From Eledone cirrhosa (Eukaryota): a DNA stretch of 64,000 nt. The DNA lies in contig OZ024742.1 of the NCBI GenBank assembly GCA_964016885.1, positions 227,788,001 through 227,852,000 of the forward strand, given 5' to 3'. The notes beneath the pieces were generated by a model. The model saw only the letters and a program-made list of their open reading frames with translations. It was not told where the DNA came from and did not search any database. Below, one piece after another: positions 53,890 to 64,000 of the stretch. Each line of letters begins with the position of its first letter. The first letter of the stretch is position 1. A program made the translations under genes and the position numbers.

Positions 53890-54535
53890 TCATTTGTTTA
53901 CACCAGCCATCTTGTCTCACTTTTCTTGGATTGGTTATTTATTTGTGGTCCGAGGTGTTTGATCCAAAGTGCTTCCTTGATTCCTAAAGTGCCGATGTTG
54001 CGTTCCTTTGCTAACACTGTGACAATGGGCCTTCCATCTTTGTTTCCGCATTTGATTATGTGTTTCCGGAAAGATGAGGCCCTGGTGTTGATGTGCTCCT
54101 TGATCCGGATATTTAGTGGCCGGATGGTGTTACTGATGTAGAAGTCGTTACACTTGCCACATTCTTCCTTGTATACGACACACGTGCGTAAGCAACAGTT
54201 CATTTCGTGCATCAGACAGTTGCTGAGGGAACACGCATCAACCAATTTCTCGGGTTTCCTGGAGAGGCATCTCCATAGGGAGGGGTCCGACTGGATGTCG
54301 AGGCCCTCTCTCCATATGGCCCTGTGTTATAGCGTTGGTGGTTTTCTCGCCCAGGTGCGGGATTTTAAGGAAGCACTTGCCTTGGGTGTTTCTCTGCCTC
54401 TTGCGTCTGGTGTCTCTTACTCTGCTTGTAAATGATGCTGGGTATCCGTTCGTCTCCAGCACCCTGTTGAATCGCTTGGTGTGGGCGACACCACTCACGG
54501 GATTGCTGCATCTATTTTTAATCCGCGTGATCTCA
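53890..54535 (-). mobile_element. Penelope-like element fragment with GIY-YIG endonuclease
   Basis: LETNGYP..FLKIPH; CVVYKEECGKCNDFYISNTIRPLNIRIKEH..IKEALWIKHLGPQINN; frameshifted. Confidence 0.85.
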
Positions 54536-54610
54536 TATGTGATGTACCCTCTTTTAGCACTGTTATATATATATAAACCTAGACATACCAGTTATAATAT
54601 CACTACTTAC

Positions 54611-54699
54611 CAGTGATCAGACTCCATACAGCCTGTTTTCAGCAAGTAATGGTTTAAGAATTCCAAATTAAAGGCTGATCGTCTTTTTTGTAAGACATC
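54611..54699 (-). CDS. Host gene exon 3: DVLQKRRSAFNLEFLNHYLLKTGCMESDH
   Basis: Acceptor atatttttcag, donor TG|gtaagt; phase 0 to 2. Confidence 0.88.
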
Positions 54700-55044
54700 C
54701 TGAAAAATATACAATAAGGCATTCAAATATTACTAATTATATAGATTTTATCTGTTTAACCGTTTCCTTACCATATTTCTAATTATTACGACACATTTCC
54801 AGAGCAGTGTTTCTCAACATTTTTTACCATGGCCCACTTCGATTTAAAAGAAAAATTGTTCCTCCACTAAGTTAGTATAGTACACATTATATATAGTGTG
54901 GCATATAGTATAATACATAGTGTAGTATTCAGCATAGTATATAGTACAGTATGTATCATAGTATATAGTATAATATATAGTATAGTCTGTAGTATATTTT
55001 ATGACATAATATATACTTTTTATTGTCCTTGCCTTACCTCACTT

Positions 55045-55460
55045 ATCATCATCACCGTTTTACGTCCATTCTTCCACGCTAGCATGGGTTAGATGGTCGG
55101 CTGACCTTGTCTTGTTCATATGGGAACTGATTTTGGCTTGATCTCTACAGCTGGATGCCCTTCCTAACACCAATCTTATTTACAGTGAGTGCTGGGGCCT
55201 ATATGACCACTTTACAGTGTAGGCTGGGTGCTTTTTTGTCATGGCACCTCCATGACCACTTTGCAGTGGGAGGGATGGGGGCATATTGTCTATATGCTTC
55301 AGCTTGTACTTGTGGGAAGTTGGGTCTTCTGTATTATTGTGTGATGCCTGAGGTCACAGTCCCGTGTCATCGCCTTTGAGAGGTGCAATTGGATACGGTC
55401 AGCTTTTATCATCTCATCCCAGGTCTCCTTGGGTCTCCCCACTCCAAGGCTTTCATTGAT
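55045..55460 (-). mobile_element. 3' end of a related but distinct RTE subfamily
   Basis: GVGRPKETWDEMIKAD..LHLSKAMTRD..QKTQL plus a 3'UTR resembling the SINE family 2 tail. Confidence 0.7.
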
Positions 55461-55949
55461 TCACTTCACCATAACCTACCCCTACCTCAACCCACATTTC
55501 TCACATCTTCCCACCCAACCTCCACTCCTACTTAACCCCACAAAATCCATCCTTCGCTGTTATCTCCCTTGCACATTACCAGCTGCTCTTCAAAGCTGAA
55601 CGATCATTCCTTGTTTGGGGTTCCTCTTCACACACCTCATATTCCCCTGCAACAAATTTCACATCGGCACCGGTTTGAAGCAGTTCCTGCGTCACACAAA
55701 ACTGAAATTTTTCTTAACACCAGCACACAACAACTGGGACTGCTTCATGGACTTAGGTTTCTAACCATCTCATTGGATGCCGAACCCTAGCTAATTCAGC
55801 ATCCTGGATTTGTGAATATATGCTCCAGTTTCTGGAAACAAAATCTATGTCTCAACTTCACCCTTGCCAAACTCACAGCCCTTTGTATTGTAATAACATT
55901 ATCATAAAACATATAGAACAGTGCACAGAATGATATATAGTATAGTATA

Positions 55950-56296
55950 TGGAGGCACATGGCTTAGTGGTTAGAGCATTGGCCTTGCAATCGAAAGGTT
56001 GTGAGTTCAATTCTCAGACCGGGTGATGTGTTGTTTCCTTGAGCAGGACACTTTATTTCACATTGCTCCAGTTTGCTCGGCTGTAGAAATGAGATGATAA
56101 GGACTGGGGTCCCTATCATTCCACTGCAAAGTGGTCGTGGAGGTGCCACGGCAAAAGAGCACCCAGCACTCACTGTAAATGAGGTTGGCGTTAGGAAGGG
56201 CATCCAGCTGTAGAAATCAAGCCAGAATCAGTTCCTGTCCCACCCTTGCAAGCAGGGAAAAAGCGGACGTAAAATGAAATGAATGAATGAATGAAT
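55950..56296 (+). mobile_element. Full-length tRNA-derived SINE, family 2, with RTE-like tail
   Basis: A box tggcttagtgg, B box gagttcaattc, central ccttgagcaggacactttatttcacattgctccag, RTE-like 3' end, (TGAA)n tail. Confidence 0.85.
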
Positions 56297-56321
56297 ATAG
56301 CATAATGTATAACATGGTATA

Positions 56322-56480
56322 TAGGTGAAATGGCAAAGTCATTAGAACATAGAATAGATTGTTCTGTGGTATTTGTTCTGGCTCTTTGTTCTCTGAGTTC
56401 AAATCCTGCCGAGGTCAACTTTACCTTTCATCCTTTTGAGGTTAATAAAAAAAAAGTAGCAATCTAGTACTGGGGTCGAT
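56322..56480 (+). mobile_element. Diverged SINE, family 1
   Basis: gagttcaaatcctgccgaggtcaactttacctttcatcc..tactggggtcgat. Confidence 0.7.
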
Positions 56481-56878
56481 TCTTTCTCTATATATCTTTC
56501 ACCCTTCCTCTCTCTCACTTTCTATCCTTCTCTGGAAAAAAATCTGCTGTGTTCAGACCTAGAAACACCACTACAGCACCCCTACGACTCCATCAGGAGT
56601 TGTGGAACCATGTATGCATAGTATAGTACATAGTATATAGCATAGTATAAGCACGTTGAGGTCTCTCTGACCTGTCTTGTCATATACCTTGACAACCCAT
56701 GCCACCATGGAATTGAACATAAAATGATGATATATTTATATGTGTGCATGTATGTCTGAACAGAGTGGAGCCCCTGTCATTAAAGCACCCACGATGCCTC
56801 CTATGAGATACAGCCTAGTGTGAGTGGAGTGGGGGTGTTGTTAGACATATGCATGTGTGAGCTGTAACAATATATATA

Positions 56879-56885
<7 letters not shown>

Positions 56886-56953
<68 letters not shown>
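56886..56953. repeat. (GA)n microsatellite
   Basis: Direct; about 33 units. Confidence 0.95.
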
Positions 56954-56957
<4 letters not shown>

Positions 56958-57013
56958 GTTTTATAGTGTTTGGATGGAGAGATGTAAGAAAAAAAGATGT
57001 GATAGAGACTTAC

Positions 57014-57149
57014 ATCAATTTTAACCATCTTTTTGGTGAGTTCACTGAGCTGTGGTGAGAAATGGCGAAGAGAGGTTAATGTGTTGATAATCCATGCTGT
57101 ATGAGCAACAGATTCACTTTGGTTCAAGAAACTTTGTTTCAAATATGTC
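57014..57149 (-). CDS. Host gene exon 2: (M)TYLKQSFLNQSESVAHTAWIINTLTSLRHFSPQLSELTKKMVKID
   Basis: Acceptor ttccatatatttcag, donor AT|gtaagt; phase 2 to 0; overlaps ORF 56801-57142. Confidence 0.88.
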
Positions 57150-57249
57150 CTGAAATATATGGAATATTAACTGAATGTCTTTTGTTGTTGACAAGTTTAC
57201 ATTACATGGCATGTCTTTAGTTGTTTTTTTTGTTACTCATGGATGCAAG

Positions 57250-57595
57250 GTTAAATGGTTAAGAAATTTGCTTCACAATCATTAGGTCCCTGATTCAATC
57301 CCATTGAGTGGCATCTTAGGCAAATGTCATTTACCATAGCCTTGGGCAGACACATGCCTTGCAAGTGTTGGAAACTGTTTGGAAGCCTATCGGATGCACT
57401 CTAACTGTAGTTCAAAAAGTCAACCATGTCACAGAGTGTGTCAAGCTGAATCTTCTTGGATTACATTCAGGGCACATGTGTGTGAAATGCTCAGCCACTT
57501 AACACGTTTATTTCATGAACAAGCTGTTCCATTGATTGAAAAACTGGAACACTCATCTTTAAAACCGACATTGGTTCGTTCCATTCCACTTTATC
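57250..57595 (+). mobile_element. Diverged tRNA-derived SINE (third type)
   Basis: tggttaagaaatttgcttc..gattcaatccca..ggcatcttaggcaaatgtc; similar heads at ~59292 (+) and ~19000-19165 (-). Confidence 0.55.
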
Positions 57596-57846
57596 ATTAG
57601 CATTATATCCACATACTTGTACCTATGGATTGAGGGGTAATGGTTTCTTGGATTTAAGTTTTGCACAAGCAGTATTCAACCACAAGCATACACCCTTTAG
57701 CATAGTGTGGCCCATAGCACCACTATTTGCTGCTGAACGTCAAGTTGTAGAGGGAGTACCAATTAAGGAAATCACCAAATATCAGGACAAATATTTTTGG
57801 ATTTCACAGAAGACAAAGACTACCATAAACTACAGATGTAAAGGTG

Positions 57847-58190
57847 AGGCACACATTGCAGTAATTGCCTAGGGTGTTAAATACCCAGGCACACATTGTA
57901 GAGCTAACCTTTAGTGTTAAATACCCAGGCACACACTGTAGGGCTAGCCGAAGGCGTTAAATACCCAGGTACACATTGTAGGGCTAACCTAGGAAGCTAA
58001 ATACCTAGGCACACATTTTAAGGCTAGCTACCCTAGTGTGCTAAATACCCAGGCACACATTGTAGGGCTAACCTTGAGTGCTAAATACACAGATACACAT
58101 TGTAGGATTAGCTTAGGGCTCTAAATATCCAGGTGCAAAATACCCAGACACACTGTAGAGCTAGCCTAGGGCTCTAAATATCCAGGTGCC
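57847..58190. repeat. 40-bp minisatellite, ~8 diverged copies
   Basis: Unit approximately ggcacacattgtagggctaacctagggtgttaaataccca, starting at 57848, 57888, 57928, 57968, 58008 and beyond. Confidence 0.9.
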
Positions 58191-58279
58191 AGCCCTCCTT
58201 GCACCTATACACATACATACCAGTCTTTATGATGAAGAATATTTTAGAAAATGAATCTATCTATATGTTTTTAACTTAC

Positions 58280-58430
58280 ATTGAGTGCCGCAAAGCTTCT
58301 TGGAGTAGTTTTTGCTTTAGATTTATATTTACAACTAAACGTTTTATGAAAAATATTACATTTAAACAGGTCCGCAACTGTGCTCTCTCGGCAGAATGAA
58401 TTTCTTCAATGTTTGTTATAGGAAATTCAG
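58280..58430 (-). CDS. Host gene exon 1 of those seen (internal): xEFPITNIEEIHSAERAQLRTCLNVIFFIKRLVVNINLKQKLLQEALRHS
   Basis: Acceptor tttttacattttgttacag, donor AT|gtaagt; phase 1 to 2; overlaps ORF 58276-58515; upstream exons not found. Confidence 0.85.
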
Positions 58431-58671
58431 CTGTAACAAAATGTAAAAAGCAGATGAAAAAACTTATATTATATATATTTGAAACTATATTTTCTTTTTG
58501 GTCAAGCCACCTCAATACAGATAATAACTATAAATTATAGTTGGATAAATCAGGTAGAGTACCCACAAAAACAGAAAAAAAGTGGATAGAACCACCTATA
58601 TATGTGTGTGTACACACACCACACACACAGATGTATATATGAATTAGACTTGAGGAGTTTTATCAATCAGT

Positions 58672-59100
58672 TTAACCCTTTTGAGACCAAACTGCCTGAA
58701 CCCATATCCTTATTTTACAATATAAAACTATTTGTTTTAAAGTATTTATTTTTATCTAAAATCCTTTGATAATAATTTTATCTAAGATTCTTACTTAAGT
58801 TATGTTCCAAACACCAAGTTAATAATGAGAAACTTTGCTATATTAGTAAATTGCTCTTGATTATTAACAAAGATTTTTGGTGGTTATTATCACCTTTAGC
58901 AAGATTGCCACTATCGGAAGATGGAGAGGTATGAGAAGTGTTCCAATGTATCAAAAATTATAGATCAGAAGGGCTGGTGACTGATCAAGCACGACCAAAT
59001 TACGCCACAGCGATAAAATAGTTCTATCTCGTCTCGCTACAGATTCTTTGAAAATCATAGGCAGTGTCTCTCATCATAAATATGATAAGGACAGGGTTAG
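58672..59100. mobile_element. piggyBac-like MITE of the same family as 21253-21555, in opposite orientation
   Basis: ttaacccttttgagaccaaac ... ataggcagtgtctctcat ... agggtta. Confidence 0.5.
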
Positions 59101-59458
59101 GTGCAAAATACAACACATAATCCTGGCTTAGGGCAGCAAAATACTAAAAATGGCAATGGAACTCAAATGTCACCCTAAGAGTTAAATCTACATAGAAACT
59201 TGTTGATAATTATATTGTATAAAATAATTCAATTTATCCTTCTCATTACTATTTTACATTAAAAGAGAATTTTAAATACATATGCACAGACATGGTTGTA
59301 TGGTTAAGGAGTTTGCTTCACAACTCCATGGTTTTGGGCTCAGTCCCACTGTGTGACACATTGAATATTTTTTATTATAGCTTCAGGTTCACCAATGTCT
59401 TGTGGTAATAATTTGGTAGACAATAACTATAGAAATTTGCTGTGTATGAATATATATA

Positions 59459-59742
59459 TATATTTGAAAAAAAGGAAAAGAATGACTTCATTTGTAGTTC
59501 TAAACAATTTGATTTAATTCTATATTATAATATTATGAGTTGGTAGATCCGTCTGACAATCGCCACCAACGAATGCAAGAAAGTTCTCCAGGAAAGTTAA
59601 CCAGGAATCTTTAAAAATCTTCCCACCAAAGTTAACAAAGAACTTACTAGATCTACCAACTCATAATATTATAATATTATAAAATTAAATCAAATTGTTT
59701 AGAAGTGAAGTGAAGTCATTCTTTTCCTTTTTTTAAAATATA
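59459..59742. mobile_element. Foldback/MITE with ~90-bp terminal inverted repeats
   Basis: aaaggaaaagaatgacttca..tattatgagttggtagatc (59470-59549) is the reverse complement of gatctaccaactcataata..tgaagtcattcttttccttt (59650-59730); TA flanks. Confidence 0.8.
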
Positions 59743-59781
59743 CCTAACTGTACCAAGGATCTCGCACATTCTCCAATATAC

Positions 59782-59857
<76 letters not shown>

Positions 59858-59953
59858 TGAGTGTCCCAAAAATATATACACACTTTGATTACCTGTACAG
59901 GCAATATTTATTAGAAGGCTGTTGAAGTGCGTACACATTTTTGTGACACCCTG
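59858..59953. mobile_element. Tiny Tc1/mariner-like MITE relic
   Basis: gagtgtcccaaaaatatatacacact versus agtgcgtacacatttttgtgacaccctg: imperfect ~27-bp inverted repeats of the CAGGGTGT type. Confidence 0.5.
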
Positions 59954-59977
59954 TGTGTGTATGTGTGTATATATATA

Positions 59978-60512
59978 TTGTTAAATTATGCCCAAAATAC
60001 GGGGATCTTATTTAAACCTTAACCTTCTCACTAACCTTAATTCTGTCGTATTTTTCAAAACAAATCTTCTTATATATTTTATATATATTTTGTTATGCTT
60101 GTTAAATTATGCCCCAAATACGAGGACTTTATTTAAACACTTAACCTCTGCTCCCTCCTATCTTCCCCCCCCCCTCTATATTATGCTGGTTCGCCCCCAA
60201 TCCCTTCCGCTCTCTCCAAATATAAAATAAATCCTTTGCAAGTACAAAACTCAGAAACCGCCAACCCTATTTCAGGCTAGGCCGCACGCATGGTGAAATG
60301 TAACGTACTAATTGCTATTTCTTCACTCTTCTCTCCATTTTAATTCCCTAGTCCATTCATCAATCTGTATCATTTATCCCAGAATCCAATCCTTGTTGCT
60401 TTTCTATTCGATAATTCTAGCGTATTTTTCAAAACAAATCTTGTATTTTTTATGCTTGTTAAATTATGCCCAAAATACGGGGATCTTATTTAAACCTTAA
60501 CCTTCTCGCTAA
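59978..60512. repeat. Three dispersed direct repeats of ~55 bp upstream of the RTE
   Basis: ttgttaaattatgcccaaaatacggggatcttatttaaaccttaacct at ~59978, ~60099 and ~60456. Confidence 0.75.
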
Positions 60513-63500
60513 GGAGGTCGATGTTTGTTGTATTCAAGAGACCAGGTGGAGGGGTGGGTCTGCTAGATTCATTGTGGGTAAAGAACGATGTTATAAGCTT
60601 TTCTGGGTGGGAAATGACAATGGGCTGGGTGGAGTAGGAATCATGGTAGCAGAAAAGTGGGCAGATAAGATAATAGACGTAAATAGAGTGAACGACAGAA
60701 TAATTAAAATAAGACTTTCCTCAATAGAACTACTGTGACAATAATATCTGCATATACACCACAATCTGGACTGCCTGGCGTTATAAAAGACAGATTCTAT
60801 GAGACGTTAATGCTCACTACCTCCCAAATAACCGACAGTGACTATATAGTTTCGCTGGTGACCTAAATGGTCAAGTTGGACAACATTGTGACGGCTATGA
60901 CGGAATCCATGGAGGCTATGGGTTTGGTACTAGAAATGAGGAAGGCTCCAGAATCCTGGAATTCTGTGACGCAAATAACCTAACTATCTGTAACACTAAC
61001 TTCAAAAAACGAGACAATCACTTGATCACCTATAGATTGGGGGAACACACAAGCCAGGTAGATTATATCCTTAACAGGAGACGTGACAGAGTGTCTGTTG
61101 TAACCACTAAATCCCTCCCCCATGAAGTATGCACCTCTCAACATAGACTCATAATTAGCGACCTCATAGCCAGGACGAGACGTACTCGACAACAGAAGAG
61201 GACTATCCTCAGGAGAAAAATATGGAAGTTAAAAGACCCCACAGCCAGTAATAAATTTAAAAGCATATTACTTGATGCTTTTGATAGTAAGGAAGAGCAA
61301 TTAGAGTCGTACAATATAGAGGAACAGTGGGAATTCCTGAAAGCTAACCTGCTGAAGGCGACAGATGAAACCTGTGGCTGGAGCAGACCTATAGGCAGGA
61401 GGAGAGTAACTTGGTGGTGGAACAGTAAGGTGGAGGGGTCAATCAAGGCCAAAAAGCAGGCTTGGAAAGCATGGCGGGATAGGGGAAGTAGAGAAGACTA
61501 TCAAGTGGCCAGGAGAGAAGAAGAGGAAAGAAAGTTCAAGCATGTTCTACAACGCGAGGACCAAAAACGTGAGGTGTTCAGGATTGCTAGGCAATGTGTC
61601 AAGGAAAACAGTGATATTGTCGGGGAGAAGTGTGTCCTTAATGATAATGGTGTACTTGCCATCACTGACACTGATAAGAAGGTAGCTTGGAAGTGTCACT
61701 ACGAAAGGCTACTAAATGAGGAGAATAATTGGGAGAAAGACAGTCTCCCCCACATCGACCAGCAGTGCAAATTGAAGGTAGTATAATAAGTAAGGCGATC
61801 AAAGACTTGAAGACGGGCAAGGCGGCCGGGCCTTCGGAAATAGTTGCTGAAATGCTGAAAGCATCTGGAACCGTGGGACACACTATGGTCACTCGGATAG
61901 TAAACCAAGTCATACAGAATGGGGTCGTTCCGAAGGACTGGCGTAGCAGCATCATCATTAACTGCTACAAGGGTAAAGGTGATGCCCTAGATAGGGGAAA
62001 CTATAGAGGCATTAAATTAATTGACCAGGTCATGAAGGTCACAGAAAAAGTAATAGCGCAACTAATCAGAGAGCGAATTGATCTAGATGAAATGCAGTTC
62101 GAGTTTGTGTCAGGTAAAAGTACAACAGACGCTCTCTTCATTGTACGACAACTACAGGAGAAGTACCTAGCTAAAAGTAAACCCCTATACTTAGCCTTTG
62201 TTGACTTGGAGAAAGCCTTTGACAGAGTACCCCGCTCGATTATCTGGTGGGCCCTTAGAAAACTAGGTGTTGATGAATGGCTTGTGAGAGCTATACAAGC
62301 CATGTATAAAGAAACAGTCAGCAAGGTTAGAATTAACAACGAATATAGTGAAGAGTTTAGCGTGAAAGTTAGTGTTCATCAGGGCTCCGTCCTTAGCCCC
62401 CTACTATATATTATTGCCCTTCAGGCTATAACAGAGTAGTTCAAGACCGGCTGCCCATGGGAACTCCTATATGCAGATGATGGCTGAATCAATGGCGGAA
62501 CTAGAGAAGAAATTCCAAACATGGAAGCATGGCCTAGAATCAAAAGACCTTAAAGTTAACTTGTCTAAGACTAAAGTTCTAGTTTGTAGGAAGGAAAATA
62601 GGGCACCGGTCTCATCTGGGAAATGACCATGCTCAGTGTGTAGAAAAGGAGTAGGCAGAAACTCCATTTTATGTCCCAAATGCAAAGTATCAGTGCATAA
62701 AAGATGTAGTGGGATCACAGGTAAGCTAACTAAGAATATAGATTTTATATGTGGCCGGTGCTCTGGTGCAATAAGTAGCAGCAAGTGCCCACAGAATACT
62801 AGCTCATTCCATTGCACAGATGGTTCTATAGAAATAGTGGACAGCTTCCGTTACCTGGGTGACAAAATCAGCAGTGGGGGAGGGTGCTCTGAAAGTACAG
62901 TAGCTAGAGTCAGAACGGGATGGAAAAAGTTCAGAGAGCTTATACCACTATTGGGCGCTAAAGGGTTCTCTCTAAAAATGAAAGGCAGGCTGTATGATGC
63001 CTGCATACGAACAGCAATGTTACATGGCAGTGAGACCTGGGCATTGTGTGCAGACGATATACGCAGACTGGAGAGAAACGAAGCTTGCATGCTCTGCTGG
63101 ATGTGTAATAGTAACATATGTGAACGGCAAAGCATAAACGAACTAAGGGAGAAATTAGGAATAAGAGGGATCAGATGTTGTTTACTCGAGAGAAGACTAC
63201 GTTGGTACGGTCACGTGATGCGCATGAAAGACGACAGCTGTATAAAAAAGTGCAGGGCGATAAAAATAGACGGTAGCCACGGAGTAGGCAGACCCAGAAA
63301 AACCTGGGACGACTTGATAAATTCCGACCTCACACACTTACACCTCTCCAAGACAATGTCACTGGACCGAGATCTTTGGCGCTACACAGTTATACAGAAG
63401 ACCCGCCTTGCCTAAGTACAAAGCAAAACCTACAGTCAGTAGGCACCTCTAACAAAATACACCCCCGTCTCACTACCCCCACCCCATTAAATGTGAAGTT

Positions 63501-63913
63501 ATGTTGGTACCACAACATCCAGTCCGAAACAAATGAGGTCGTGTACGTGTCACGACAAAAAAACACACAGTCCACGCTGTAATGTGGCCGTGTAGGTAAC
63601 ACGGTAAAAACCTCCCAGAACACACTGCAAACGTGGTTGGTGTTGGGAAGGGCACCCAGCTGTAGAAAACCCGCCAGACGTGTAGGTGTCACGACAATAA
63701 AAGACACAGTCCACGATGTAATGTGGCTGTGTAGGTAACACAGTAAAAACCTCCCAGTCCACACTGTAAACGTGGTTGGTGTTAGGAAGGGCATCCAGCC
63801 GTAGAAAACCCGCCAGACAGTCCTGAGTAAGACAACGAATCTTGCCTCAAGTGGGACAATTCCCGTCCAGACCCATGCTAGCGTGGAAAATGGACGTTAA
63901 ACGATGATGATGA

Positions 63914-63917
<4 letters not shown>
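60512..63917 (+). mobile_element. Longest RTE-clade LINE copy (EN from DVCCIQETRW to the 3' tail), inactivated
   Basis: ORFs 60466-60738, 61022-61786, 61729-62439 and 62636-63415; stops, frameshifts and a deletion after YADD; ~140-bp 3'UTR duplication; (GAT)n followed by (AT)n. Confidence 0.95.
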
Positions 63918-63954
<37 letters not shown>

Positions 63955-64000
63955 TATGTGTGTGTGTGCATGCGTGCATGCAATGTCTATGTTTATACCT

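Noticed and set aside
55950-56020. tRNA gene
   Set aside because: A/B boxes are present but continue into a SINE body and tail; no complete cloverleaf
60512-63917. Active full-length LINE
   Set aside because: Lacks the 5' end of the endonuclease, and has in-frame stops, frameshifts and a deletion after YADD

Overview
Eukaryotic, AT-rich, repeat-dense genomic DNA; the SINE/LINE repertoire resembles coleoid cephalopod (octopod) genomes (inference). The window is the interior of one multi-exon protein-coding gene on the minus strand, largely missed by the ORF track. Eight GT-AG exons (58280-58430, 57014-57149, 54611-54699, 53478-53582, 24004-24105, 21785-21875, 20425-20495, 19976-20031) splice with matching phases into an 801-nt stop-free frame (~267 aa, family not recognised), with a possible last exon at 2621-2634. 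The intron 24106-53477 (29.4 kb) is about 99.7% a 21-bp tandem array (~1,390 units, 42-bp A/B dimers, kb-scale block duplications) that begins ~20 nt from the donor and ends ~70 nt from the acceptor; its long ORFs are repeat artefacts. The rest holds six copies of one RTE-clade LINE (PHD-like C4HC3 finger inside the RT, (GAT)n tail, both orientations), Penelope-like GIY-YIG fragments (one with a U3-A8 minimal hammerhead), CRE-like and CR1/L2 relics, a non-autonomous Helitron, tRNA-SINEs, MITEs and a 40-bp minisatellite. Exon coordinates were read to the base; TE boundaries are approximate.
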